A stretch of DNA of 64,000 bases from Nanobdellota archaeon. Lineage in GTDB: Archaea; Nanobdellota; Nanobdellia; Woesearchaeales; SM23-78. Made by a program: the position numbers and the translations under genes. How positions within the stretch are numbered: the stretch's first letter is position 1; each line of letters starts with the position of its first letter. The stretch is taken from the NCBI GenBank assembly GCA_018819305.1, contig JAHJQO010000033.1, forward strand, positions 1,430-65,429, written 5' to 3'. Positions 8,683-18,376 of the stretch are shown here, piece by piece. The notes beneath the pieces are model-generated. The model did no database searches, was not told the DNA's origin, and was given only the letters and a program-made list of their open reading frames with translations.

Positions 8683-9524
8683 AGACATGCCAATTAATTG
8701 CACCATCAAGAAAAATCAGCAAGAAAAAACTTGAACAGGCAGTTAAAAACCTGAAAGCATTGGGTTTTCATGCAATTTATGATAAAAATATTCTTGATAG
8801 AGACTGTTATCATGCAGGCACTGTCAGCAGACGGGTTGAGGAAATTCATAAAGCCTTCCAGAATAAAAAGGTGAATTTTATTTTCTCTGTTACAGGAGGG
8901 TATGGTTGTATTGAGTTGCTGCCTTTTTTGAATTATGATTTGATTAAATCCAATGCTAAACCTTTGGTGGGTTACAGCGATATTACTGGATTATTACTTG
9001 GATTATTCAAAAAGACAAAAATCCCCCTGATTCACAGTCCTATGCCAGGTTCTAAATACTTTTCTTTAAAAAATAAATATTTGAAACAACTCGATGATTG
9101 TTTAAATGGTAAGAAACATGCTATTAGAATAAATTCAAAAAACATTGTTAGAAAACAATTTTTTCGAGGTAATATTGTCGGGGGAAATCTGAGGATTTTA
9201 ATTTCTCTAATAGGAACGCCTTATGAATTAGATACAAACAATAAGGTTTTGTTTTTAGAGGATGCGAATGAGAGGCCAGCAGCTATTTATAATATGCTGC
9301 TTCATCTAGAACTTTCTGGTAAGTTAAAAAATATTAAAGCTTTGATTCTAGGAAAAATGAATCAATGCGGAAAATATAAAACATTATTGATGAAATTTTT
9401 GAAAAGATTGAATGTTCCGATTATTTGTGATTTGGATTTAGGCCATTCCCAAAATATGATTTCTATAAGGCTGGGTTCAAAAATTACATTTGACACTGAA
9501 AACAGTTGTTTAATCTTTAATTAA
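8679..9524 (+). CDS. S66 family peptidase (LD-carboxypeptidase / MccF-like)
   Basis: IAPS, GGYG, GYSDIT (Ser), GGNL, LFLED (Glu), LGH (His) triad; ATGA overlap. Confidence 0.9.
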   Translation: MKTCQLIAPSRKISKKKLEQAVKNLKALGFHAIYDKNILDRDCYHAGTVSRRVEEIHKAFQNKKVNFIFSVTGGYGCIELLPFLNYDLIKSNAKPLVGYSDITGLLLGLFKKTKIPLIHSPMPGSKYFSLKNKYLKQLDDCLNGKKHAIRINSKNIVRKQFFRGNIVGGNLRILISLIGTPYELDTNNKVLFLEDANERPAAIYNMLLHLELSGKLKNIKALILGKMNQCGKYKTLLMKFLKRLNVPIICDLDLGHSQNMISIRLGSKITFDTENSCLIFN

Positions 9525-9567
9525 GAGAACTCAAATATCATATTTAAAAACAATATGCAAACGATAC

Positions 9568-10764
9568 TCAAACCGAATAATAATCCTCCAGAATAACAGT
9601 ATCAAGGTTCTCAAGGTTCTTGACTTTGTAAACTCTGCCTTGGCTTATCTCTATCATTCTCTTGGCCAGCTTTTCTCCGTCTTTGTCAAGATTGATTCCA
9701 ATGATTGATATTGTGATGTTCTGGTCTCTTGCCATGCTCACAGCCCGCAAGGTGTCAGTTTCTGGTTTTTTACCTTTTGTAGGAATAACATCAGTAAGAA
9801 GAATCAAATGCTTGGTTTCTTTTGCATTGCCAAAAACTTCAATTGCTTTTTCAATTGTTTTTGCAATGTCTGTCTCTGATCTGGCTCTTATGCTTGTGAT
9901 GCTCATTAGTATGTCATTAAAGTCAAGTGTAGGTGGAACAATTTTTTTTACATCATCTCCAAAAACAATAAGTCCAACTTTATTCTTCTCTGCAATGGCT
10001 TTGTAAGCAAGTGCAACTCCTGCTCTTTTGCCAGTTCCGAGCTTGTTGCCTTTCATGCTTCCGCTTGCATCAAGAGCATATATAATGCTGATTCCTCCTT
10101 TTCTTTCTCTTTCAAAAATCCTGAGGTCTTCTTTTTGCAGCTGCTTGTGCTGCCTTCGGATGGCAGTCTTTACACTCTGCCTGATAGCAATATCCCTATA
10201 TCTTGTCTTTTTGTAAGCATGATAATCTTTTTTATCACCATAAATATCTTTTTTCTTTTCTTTTTTTTCTCCTAATCCTTTAATTTTTAATTTGTCAAGT
10301 TCTTCTGTGTAAAGAATAAGCGAACTTAATTTCAAGCCCTGTTCTGTGATTTCTCCTTCTTTGTTAACTAATTCTTTTTGCTTTAGCTTTTTGACATTCT
10401 CATCAATTCTTTTTTTAATCTCTTCCTGAAACTCAGGAATCTTAATGTTTTTTTCAACAAAGCCAGGCTCATAGCCGCTCAGCTGCCGGATGATAACTTC
10501 ACCATATAATTGTTTAGCAAGTTTATAATCATTAACAAGGTTTTTGAATATCATGTCAGGAACAAAACTAGAAAGATTTTGATTAATACTCTCACTCAGG
10601 AGTTTGCCGTCATCAATTGTTTCTTTGTCACTTTCAAGAACACTATTCATTAATTTATCTTCTTCTTTTTGCTTTGAGAGCTTGCCAGTAAGCTCTTCTG
10701 CTTCTTCAAGATTTGAAAACTTCTCTTTGCCAATTTCAGAGTCTATTGGCTCTGTGCTACCCAT
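9568..10764 (-). CDS. von Willebrand A domain protein (partner of the AAA+ ATPase)
   Basis: MIDAS DASGS, TDI, LLTD. Start probably ATG 10764 (track gives 10794). Confidence 0.88.
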   Translation of the reverse strand: MGSTEPIDSEIGKEKFSNLEEAEELTGKLSKQKEEDKLMNSVLESDKETIDDGKLLSESINQNLSSFVPDMIFKNLVNDYKLAKQLYGEVIIRQLSGYEPGFVEKNIKIPEFQEEIKKRIDENVKKLKQKELVNKEGEITEQGLKLSSLILYTEELDKLKIKGLGEKKEKKKDIYGDKKDYHAYKKTRYRDIAIRQSVKTAIRRQHKQLQKEDLRIFERERKGGISIIYALDASGSMKGNKLGTGKRAGVALAYKAIAEKNKVGLIVFGDDVKKIVPPTLDFNDILMSITSIRARSETDIAKTIEKAIEVFGNAKETKHLILLTDVIPTKGKKPETDTLRAVSMARDQNITISIIGINLDKDGEKLAKRMIEISQGRVYKVKNLENLDTVILEDYYSV

Positions 10765-11782
10765 CACCTCCAATCTGGTTTGAGAATTTTTCAAACTCCT
10801 CTTTAATATAATCCTCAGGAGATTTTAAGAATTTAACACTAGGCTTAAGACTGATTCTATGGCTCAGAACAGAAACAATAACATCCTGAACATCTTTTAC
10901 AGATACTTTGTCTTTGCCTCTGATTTTTGCATTGCTCTGAGCTCTCTCATACAATCCAATGCTTGCCCTTACACTGGGCTTTTTTTCAACATCATTATCA
11001 ATTCTTAAGTCCCTGATAAATTCAATAACATGATACAGGAGTTTTTGTGGGAATTCAATAAGATATTTTCCTGCTTTTTTTACAATTTCAAATTCTAGCT
11101 CTGCAGTTTCAGGATATTCCATGTAAATCAAGTCAAACCTGTCCAGGAATACATCACTTAGTGGCTCTGTGCTTTTGTCATCAGGATTCATGGTTCCGAT
11201 AAACAAAAAGCTCACATCAAAGTCAAATGAATAACTGCCAATTGTTATTTTGTTTTCTTCCAATACCTGAAGAAGTGCGTTTTGTAATTTCTCACTGCAC
11301 CTGTTGATTTCATCAAAAAACAAGATTCCATTGTTGGCCTTGAATATTTTTCCAGGAGTAAAAGCCTCAAGACTAAGAGGACCAAACTTCATTGCTTTTA
11401 TAGGGTCAATATCTCCAATAAGGTCTTCTGCTGTCAAGTCAGGGCTTCCCTGTATTCTTACAAATAATTCATTGCCTTTGAGAATCTTGGTCTGGATTTT
11501 CTCTTTTTTCTCTTTTTTTTCCAGACATTTAGGACATGCAGGATTATCTGTTGTGCAGTTATATCCGCAGTCAGCAACAGTTTTATCAGGCATTAGCTTG
11601 GTCACGTTCTTGGCAAGAGTTGTCTTTCCAATGCCTGGCTGGCCCACAAGAATAATGTGCCGGTCCATGAGCAGAGCTGATTTAACCTGTTGTTTAACCC
11701 TGTTCTGGCCTAATATATCGTTGAACTCAGTTTCCATAAGATTTGTTTTGAATTGTTCATTTTTGGATGTCATAGGCCTCAC
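10757..11782 (-). CDS. MoxR/ChlI-like AAA+ ATPase with Cys-rich insert
   Basis: Walker A GQPGIGKT, Walker B FFDEINR, GTMNP, LDRF; CGYNC...CPKC insert. Confidence 0.9.
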   Translation of the reverse strand: MRPMTSKNEQFKTNLMETEFNDILGQNRVKQQVKSALLMDRHIILVGQPGIGKTTLAKNVTKLMPDKTVADCGYNCTTDNPACPKCLEKKEKKEKIQTKILKGNELFVRIQGSPDLTAEDLIGDIDPIKAMKFGPLSLEAFTPGKIFKANNGILFFDEINRCSEKLQNALLQVLEENKITIGSYSFDFDVSFLFIGTMNPDDKSTEPLSDVFLDRFDLIYMEYPETAELEFEIVKKAGKYLIEFPQKLLYHVIEFIRDLRIDNDVEKKPSVRASIGLYERAQSNAKIRGKDKVSVKDVQDVIVSVLSHRISLKPSVKFLKSPEDYIKEEFEKFSNQIGGDG

Positions 11783-11863
11783 GGGAAGGAGAAAGGAGTT
11801 TATAAAGTTTTAGGATGAGATTCAGATAAATTTATATAATTTATACTGATTCTTGTTTGTACA

Positions 11864-12133
11864 ATGGCATTAAGGAATGACCTAAAAAGAGAATATGAAC
11901 GAAAAGCATGGGAAGAAAGAGTAAAGAAAAACCCTTTATTAACTCTGAGTCTTGGAGATCTTGTTATGGAGATGCATAAAATATATGCTGCAGATCCATA
12001 TGTTGTGAAACCTGAAGATCAAGTTCCTGAATCTAGTTTGGAAAACCGCACAAGATATCATGCAATTGTTAAGGAGCTTAATAAGAGAGAATTTGAATAT
12101 ACAAGGGTTCCAATAAGTGAAAGAAGATTTTAG
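11864..12133 (+). CDS. Hypothetical protein
   Basis: 89-aa ORF with a TATA-like TTTATATA about 25-30 nt upstream. Confidence 0.6.
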   Translation: MALRNDLKREYERKAWEERVKKNPLLTLSLGDLVMEMHKIYAADPYVVKPEDQVPESSLENRTRYHAIVKELNKREFEYTRVPISERRF

Positions 12134-12135
12134 GT

Positions 12136-12645
12136 TTAAATTGGCTTAATAAAAACACTAAACAGTTCTGTGCCTGTCACCATGATTATAGTTACGATTA
12201 TTCCTGCAATCACAACACCAATAATACTGGCTAGCATGTATTTTCTGAATTTTAAGTTAAATATGTTTGCGGCTAGTGCGCCTGACCAGACACCTGAGCC
12301 TGGCAGAGGAATACCAATGAATACAGCCAGCCCAAGCTCTCCGTATTTGTCAATATATTTTTTTGCTTTTTTCTGAACTCTTTCAATTGTTTTTGTATAG
12401 AGTTTGTCTATGAATTTTATCCATCTTAACCAGTGTATTACCTTGTTCCAGATAAAATATACGATAGGTGCAAGGATGATATTTGAAATAACAGCGAATA
12501 TAAAGACGATCCACCAGGGCTGCTTTAGCACCAATAGACCTATAGGTATACTTAATCTTAATTCAAGAAAAGGCATTAATGAGATTAGGAATATTGCCAG
12601 CCACCAAGGAAATGTTATTATCCAATTTACTAATTGTTCAAACAT
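12136..12645 (-). CDS. Small multi-drug export family membrane protein (COG2426-like)
   Basis: PFLELRLSIP and FIGIPLPGSGVWSG motifs; hydrophobic. Confidence 0.85.
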   Translation of the reverse strand: MFEQLVNWIITFPWWLAIFLISLMPFLELRLSIPIGLLVLKQPWWIVFIFAVISNIILAPIVYFIWNKVIHWLRWIKFIDKLYTKTIERVQKKAKKYIDKYGELGLAVFIGIPLPGSGVWSGALAANIFNLKFRKYMLASIIGVVIAGIIVTIIMVTGTELFSVFIKPI

Positions 12646-12697
12646 GAGATTAGAATTAGAGAAGGCATTAAAAAAGTTATTGGTTCTGAGTTCTATT

Positions 12698-13948
12698 TTA
12701 GAGTTCTATTTTTTTCACTCTGCTCTTTACATAGTCTTCTTTAATTAGGTTTTTGATGAGTGCTTCAGGAGTCTTGTATTCTCGTTTCTCCTCTGCATAG
12801 AGATTCTTGTTTTTCTCAAAGACTTTTTTGTGCTTTGCCTTGAATCTCTTGGCATCAATCTTTGCTTTGACTGGTGGCCCTCTGAGAACTATCTTGTCAG
12901 ACATCTTGACTTTATTTATAATAAAATAAATCAAGCTCTGCTTCTGGTCAAACTCCCAGCCACTTTCCAGCGCATTAAATTCATGTTTTTTCAAATGCGT
13001 GCCAATGTGCTCAAAGCATTTTAATATCTTGGTTCCAACAACATCATCTTTGCCTTTCAAAGGCTTAACCTTGAGAAGCACCAGCCAGTTTTTGCCTGCT
13101 TTTTTCTTAAGTTCACCCGCATTCAACTTTTTGATTTCAAAAAACTTCTCACTTGGCTTGTGCAGGAATGCTCTTGCTTTTTGTTTGAACAATTCAAACT
13201 TCTCTCTGCTCACAGCCGCTGCTGCATTTCTGTCAGGCTGGATAGGGTCAACAATGATTAGAGGTGATTCTGTTTTTGACTTGTTTAATTCTCTGAGCGG
13301 GTCTTTTAGATGAGCAGCAGGGTCAAGAATAACTCTTTCTCCCCAAACACTTGCCTGCATTAATAGGTTTTCAAAACTTCCATAATATATAATAAACAAG
13401 TCAAGCACATGACCTGAAAAACCTCTTATATAACTTTCAGCACCATAAACATTGGTTGCTTTGCAAAACTGCTTTGCCAGTCTAACTTCATCTGCAAGCC
13501 GCAAGCTCATGTGTTTTTTCACATAATCAACATGCAAAGGGCTCATGTCAGTAACATTAACAGCCTGTTTATAATCCTGAATATTCAGCACAGGCACAAA
13601 CTCAAACAATATCTTGTTTTTTCTGAGCTGATAATAATCTCTGCTTCCATGAACCATTTCTGGCTTCAGAGGAGCAATAGCTTTTTCAAGCAGCTTGGAA
13701 ATATCCTTTTTTTTATACATTTTATAATCAAACCTTACAAACAAATCAACATCAAAGTCATTCTTTAGAATTGTACCTTTAGCATAACTGCCTCCTGCAA
13801 CACAAACCGCCTTGATTTTCTTTTTTTTCAACAAGGCATTTATCTGTTTGATTAGACTGTCAACTACTTTGAACTCCTGTTTTGCAGGCTTTATTTTCTT
13901 GATTACTTTGCTTAACACTGACATCATTATGTGTGGTATAGAATTCAT
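12698..13948 (-). CDS. cca: Archaeal CCA-adding tRNA nucleotidyltransferase
   Basis: GGSYAKGT..DFDVDLF, TDMSPLH, YGAESYIRGFSG, DPIQPDRNAAAA; true start may be a few codons downstream. Confidence 0.93.
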   Translation of the reverse strand: MNSIPHIMMSVLSKVIKKIKPAKQEFKVVDSLIKQINALLKKKKIKAVCVAGGSYAKGTILKNDFDVDLFVRFDYKMYKKKDISKLLEKAIAPLKPEMVHGSRDYYQLRKNKILFEFVPVLNIQDYKQAVNVTDMSPLHVDYVKKHMSLRLADEVRLAKQFCKATNVYGAESYIRGFSGHVLDLFIIYYGSFENLLMQASVWGERVILDPAAHLKDPLRELNKSKTESPLIIVDPIQPDRNAAAAVSREKFELFKQKARAFLHKPSEKFFEIKKLNAGELKKKAGKNWLVLLKVKPLKGKDDVVGTKILKCFEHIGTHLKKHEFNALESGWEFDQKQSLIYFIINKVKMSDKIVLRGPPVKAKIDAKRFKAKHKKVFEKNKNLYAEEKREYKTPEALIKNLIKEDYVKSRVKKIEL

Positions 13949-13964
13949 TATAAAAAGTTTCTTG

Positions 13965-15068
13965 TTAATCTCTCTTCATCTCAGCATAAATAATCTTCAT
14001 TATCTTGTTAATGTGGTTCTTGATTTTCATCTTCTTAATGTTATTTTCAAAAAAGTCAAGCCTTTTTAAGAATTTGATTATATCCTCTTTTTTTACCTTG
14101 GTTATGTCTTTGTAATCCCCAACCAAAGCATTCTTGGCATTCCTGCCATTAAAGGTCTGCTCAAAGCTCCCCACTTCGGGCATTAAGAACAAAGGCTTGC
14201 CCAGAAATAGGGCCTCTGACATCAACTGCTCTCCTGCACTTGAAATAACAGCCTTGCAAGCAGTCATGTCATTTGCAAAGCCTGTGTGCGAGTGCCTCTT
14301 GTACTTAATATTCTTGGTTTTTTTGTATTTTCCAGGGTCGCTTACATATATAATGAATTTTTGGTTAATTTTTTTTAGCTTAGGAATAATAGCTTTTTCA
14401 AGCACAGGCTTGACATATACTAAAACAAAATCCTGCTTTTTAACCTTGTGCTTAAGCTCCTCAATTTCTTTTCGGATAATAGGACCGGTTACTATAATTT
14501 CTGTCTTTCGATACTTTTTTTTCCTTAGCTCTGGCTGAAAAACAGATGTAATTATGCATTTTTTGCTTAGAGGATGAACAGAAGTAATTATTCCTTTGGT
14601 TACCATAAAACTACCCCAATGCTTGATAGGAATTTGTTTGGCCTTAATTTTTTCCCATAGCAAGCGGTGCTGGTTGTCAATAGTAATAAAATTCAGCTTT
14701 TTCTTTTTAGCTGCTCTTGGAAGAAAAGGCTCAAAATCACTTATTGCAAAATCAAAATCATATCTTTCAATAGTCTGCTTGAGCTTTTTTATTATAATAT
14801 CTCCGTTGACAATGCTCGGAATATTTTTAGAAGCTGTCTTAAGATAATTGATTTTTCCTTTTTTATTATAAACAGACTGAAAGCCCGGAAGCCTGTGCAT
14901 AGAAACATTTTTTATTTTTTCCAGGGTTTTTTCAAGAGGTTCATATGTGTCTCCTCCAGTAAGAACCATGATTTTGTGGTTGTCTGCAGCCAGCCGTCTG
15001 ATAATTTCATAACCCCTGGAAGCATGACCTCTTCCGTCTTGAGCCAGCGAGTAGAGTATTTTAGCCAT
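13965..15068 (-). CDS. GT-B fold glycosyltransferase (MJ1255-like)
   Basis: GRGHASR, ISDFEP, IDNQH, SAGEQLMSEALFLGKP, FEQ. Confidence 0.85.
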   Translation of the reverse strand: MAKILYSLAQDGRGHASRGYEIIRRLAADNHKIMVLTGGDTYEPLEKTLEKIKNVSMHRLPGFQSVYNKKGKINYLKTASKNIPSIVNGDIIIKKLKQTIERYDFDFAISDFEPFLPRAAKKKKLNFITIDNQHRLLWEKIKAKQIPIKHWGSFMVTKGIITSVHPLSKKCIITSVFQPELRKKKYRKTEIIVTGPIIRKEIEELKHKVKKQDFVLVYVKPVLEKAIIPKLKKINQKFIIYVSDPGKYKKTKNIKYKRHSHTGFANDMTACKAVISSAGEQLMSEALFLGKPLFLMPEVGSFEQTFNGRNAKNALVGDYKDITKVKKEDIIKFLKRLDFFENNIKKMKIKNHINKIMKIIYAEMKRD

Positions 15069-15258
15069 AGTTTATCCATCCTGTTTTTTTGAGGCCCTCA
15101 CCCATTCTGTCTTTACAAAAACAGCCTTGTTGTCAACAAGCTTTTCACTGCCAGTGCTCAGGTTGTCAAAAACAACAACTTCATGTCCTTTTTTCAAGAA
15201 GCTGTTTCACAGTGTGACTTCCTATGCATCCAGCTCCCCCTGAAACCAATACTTTCAT
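15061..15258 (-). pseudogene. Remnant of an NDP-sugar epimerase (GalE-like)
   Basis: MKVLVSGGAGCIGSHTVKQLLEK, then a +1 frameshift in an A6 run, then GHEVVVFDNLSTG...AVFVK, then an EGLKKT-W C-terminal-like segment in another frame; most of the gene is missing. Confidence 0.8.
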
Positions 15259-15364
15259 AATTAACACCTATAGTGTATAGGAAATAGAGATATTTAAAAA
15301 TCTTTCTGAGCAAAACCTTTTTATACTCTCTTTCATAGTTTAATATTAAAAAGAGGTGTTTTGG

Positions 15365-16654
15365 TTGAAAAAGGCGTGGGTTGTTACTATGGACATGGGA
15401 TATGGCCACCAAAGGGCTGCTTATCCCTTAAAGGATATTGCTTATGAGAGAATTATCACTATTAACAGCGACAAGTTGGTTGGTGACAAGGAAAAACGCA
15501 TCTGGAAAAGAAACCAAGATTTTTATGAAAGCGTGAGCAGGTTTACTTCTCTTCCTATTTTTGGGGATTATTTGTTCAAGCTTTATGACAAGTTTCAGTC
15601 AATTGAAGATTTTTATCCCAGCAGAGATTTGTCAAGCCCAAATATTCAGGCTCGTTACCTTGAGCATTTGATTAAAAAAAAGAAGCTGGGCCTGGGTTTG
15701 ATTGAGCATATAAAGCGTTCAGGCAGGCCAATGGTTACAACTCATTTTATTTCTGCTCTTGCAGCAGAATACAATAATATGAAAAATGCTTTTTGTGTTG
15801 TTACAGACACAGATATTAATCGTGCATGGCTGCCAATTGATTCAAAACATGCAAAAGTAACTTATCTTGCTCCTACAGAGCACACATTCAAAAGACTTAA
15901 GCAATATGGTCTGCCAAAAAACAAGCTGATTCTTACTGGATTTCCTTTGCCAAAAGAAAACATTGGCGGTAAAAGCATGCATATCTTAAGGAGAGATTTG
16001 GGAAACAGGCTTCTTAATCTTGACCCAAAGAAAAAATATATTCATGATTACAAATCTGTGATTAAGAAAAAACTTGGAAAATATTATAGGAATAAAAGCA
16101 GCCACAAGCTCACACTTACTTATATGATTGGAGGAGCTGGCGCGCAAAAAGATATTGGCTTGAAAGTTATACAGAGCTTGAAAAGCAAAATCAAAAAAAA
16201 TGAAATAAGAATCAATCTTGTGGCAGGAACTCATCTTGATGCTGCAGAATATTACAGAGAAAACATTATTAAGATGGGGTTAAAAGACAGGCTTGGTAAA
16301 AACTTGTACATTGTTTTTGCATGGAATAAGCCAACTTATTTCAAGGATTTTAATTATATTTTGCACAACACAGATATTCTTTGGAGCAAGCCCAGTGAAA
16401 TGGTGTTTTATGTTGCTCTTGGTCTTCCATTAATCATGTCTCCGCCTATTGGCTCGCAGGAATATTATAATAGAAATTGGGTGCTGAATATGGGCAGCGG
16501 CTTTAAACAAGAAGATCCTGAATATATTCATGAGTGGCTTTATGACTGGCTCAACAGCGGCAGGCTTGCAGAAGCTGCTTTTGAAGGCTTTTTAGAAGCT
16601 CCTAAAATGGGCACTTATAATATTGAGAAAGTTGTTTTATCAAAGAGAACTTAA
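15365..16654 (+). CDS. GT-B glycosyltransferase-like protein (MGDG synthase/UgtP-like)
   Basis: DMGYGHQRAA, VTTH, VTDTD, SKPSE, GSQEYYN. GAGGTG RBS favours a TTG start at 15365 (track gives 15356). Confidence 0.7.
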   Translation: MKKAWVVTMDMGYGHQRAAYPLKDIAYERIITINSDKLVGDKEKRIWKRNQDFYESVSRFTSLPIFGDYLFKLYDKFQSIEDFYPSRDLSSPNIQARYLEHLIKKKKLGLGLIEHIKRSGRPMVTTHFISALAAEYNNMKNAFCVVTDTDINRAWLPIDSKHAKVTYLAPTEHTFKRLKQYGLPKNKLILTGFPLPKENIGGKSMHILRRDLGNRLLNLDPKKKYIHDYKSVIKKKLGKYYRNKSSHKLTLTYMIGGAGAQKDIGLKVIQSLKSKIKKNEIRINLVAGTHLDAAEYYRENIIKMGLKDRLGKNLYIVFAWNKPTYFKDFNYILHNTDILWSKPSEMVFYVALGLPLIMSPPIGSQEYYNRNWVLNMGSGFKQEDPEYIHEWLYDWLNSGRLAEAAFEGFLEAPKMGTYNIEKVVLSKRT

Positions 16655-16755
16655 AATTAAAAGTAAAATTAAAATAAAATTTATAAACAATTGTTAATAT
16701 TAATTAATTAGGATTAAGTAGAGAAAATAATAAAGCTAAAAAAAGAGGACTGAAC

Positions 16756-18033
16756 ATGGATGCATTACTTGTGCTTACAAATGTAGCAATTATTCTTTTA
16801 TTAGGAATTCTTTGCTCTCTGCTTTCTAAAAGGCTTAAGTTATCTAATATGCTGGTATTAGTTATTCTTGGCTTGGTGTTGGGAAGAATTGTTTACAATG
16901 GACAGCCCTTGTTTGTTTTTGAACCTTCTTTTCTTATAGGTATTGGCGTCCTGGCTCTTGTGATGATTGTGTTTGACGGCTCTTCAAGGTTCAGATTCAA
17001 AGAAGTTAATGACTTGTCTGTATCTGCTCTTAGAATCATATGGTTTTTTATGCTTTTCAGCATTTTAGTCATTACTTCTTTTACAAATCTCTTGTTTTTT
17101 GACAGCATTAATGTTCAGAACATATTATTCTCAATCATATTTGCTATTGTTGTTGTAGGTACTGACCCGGGCTCTGTTTTTGCAATGATTAAAGATTTTG
17201 TTGGTGAGCGAGCTAAAAAAGTCATGGGACTGCTTCAGATAGAAGCAATCATTAACACTCCTTTGATTGTTCTTATTCCATATCTAATTTTAGACCTCAT
17301 AAAAAACATTGAATTGGGAACAGGTGATTTTCTTTCTTCATTTATTTCCCAGATTCCTGCTTTTCTGGCACAGATAATTGTAGGTGTTGGTGCAGGTGTT
17401 CTTATTGGACTTATTGTTTTCAAAACAATGCAAAAAGTTTATTCTCACCAGTTTTCTCCAGTAGCTGTAATCACAGCTGCTCTGCTTGCATATATACTGG
17501 CAGAGAACCTTAAAGGCAATGGTGTGCTTGCTGTTGCAACTCTTGGCTTGTTGTTTGGAAACCTTTATGTCAAGGAAAAAACCCAGCTTCAGGAATTCAG
17601 CTATATGCTTTCAAATGCATTAGAGATTCTTGTATTTGTTCTGGTGGGATTAATGATTCAGATTCCTCTGACTCTTGATTTCTTTTTAAAGTCATTATTT
17701 TTGTTTGGCCTGCTTGTGCTTTGCAGGGCTGCAGCAGTATTTGTTGCAGTGCATAAGTCAGATTTTTCTTTCAAGGAAAAATTATTTATGAGTTTAAACA
17801 TGCCCAAAGGTATTGCTGTTGCAGTTGTGGCATTTACTCTGGCTTTGTATCAGACTGTGCAAATGGGGATAATACTTGACTTGATTGTTGTATTTTTGCT
17901 CTACTCTTTGATACTGGCAGCTGTTGTTAATTTGTTTTCAAAAAAATTCATTCAGGTTGATGTTAAGAATATGAAAGAAGATAATATTCCTCATGCTAAA
18001 TTAAAATGTCCTGACCCAAAGAAAATTCCTTGA
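16756..18033 (+). CDS. Cation:proton antiporter (CPA1/NhaP-type)
   Basis: About 12 TM helices; GTDPGSV, IEAIINTP, PKGIAVAV. Confidence 0.9.
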   Translation: MDALLVLTNVAIILLLGILCSLLSKRLKLSNMLVLVILGLVLGRIVYNGQPLFVFEPSFLIGIGVLALVMIVFDGSSRFRFKEVNDLSVSALRIIWFFMLFSILVITSFTNLLFFDSINVQNILFSIIFAIVVVGTDPGSVFAMIKDFVGERAKKVMGLLQIEAIINTPLIVLIPYLILDLIKNIELGTGDFLSSFISQIPAFLAQIIVGVGAGVLIGLIVFKTMQKVYSHQFSPVAVITAALLAYILAENLKGNGVLAVATLGLLFGNLYVKEKTQLQEFSYMLSNALEILVFVLVGLMIQIPLTLDFFLKSLFLFGLLVLCRAAAVFVAVHKSDFSFKEKLFMSLNMPKGIAVAVVAFTLALYQTVQMGIILDLIVVFLLYSLILAAVVNLFSKKFIQVDVKNMKEDNIPHAKLKCPDPKKIP

Positions 18034-18181
18034 GCCCCATGGAAATTCCTGTTAAGTTCTTTTTCTTCATATGAACTGTTTAAAATTGCTTCAGCAAATT
18101 AATAAAAGTTGAGTTTTGTCGGACTACTCACTTGACAGTTAATCATAAGATTTATAAACATATGAGATTATATGGGTTTAT

Positions 18182-18331
18182 ATGGGAAGAAAAACTGTAG
18201 CTCTAAGCGTAGATGAAGATATTTATGCTTCTTATAAAAAATTCTGCGAAAATAATTCCATGATTTTATCTAGAAAGATAGATCAATTTATGAAAGATGA
18301 ATTGCAAAAGGAAGATAAAAATGTCAGATAA
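18182..18331 (+). CDS. Ribbon-helix-helix (CopG/MetJ-like) microprotein, 49 aa
   Basis: Not in the ORF track: MGRKTVALSVDEDIYASYKKFCENNSMILSRKIDQFMKDELQKEDKNVR; beta-strand plus two helices. Confidence 0.75.
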   Translation: MGRKTVALSVDEDIYASYKKFCENNSMILSRKIDQFMKDELQKEDKNVR

Positions 18332-18376
18332 GGAAGAAGCAAAGGACGAGATTAAATTAGTGGAGGATAGCATTAA

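Noticed and set aside
9568..11782. Magnesium or cobalt chelatase
   Set aside because: No ChlH/CobN or tetrapyrrole genes in the window; only the generic AAA+/vWA pair is supported.
15194..15412. Minus-strand 72-aa ORF
   Set aside because: Crosses a divergent promoter region and the epimerase remnant out of frame; no protein-like features.
18073..18116. Integron attC site
   Set aside because: It has a hairpin and GTTGAGT, but it is short, lacks a proper RYYYAAC box, and no integron integrase or second site was found.
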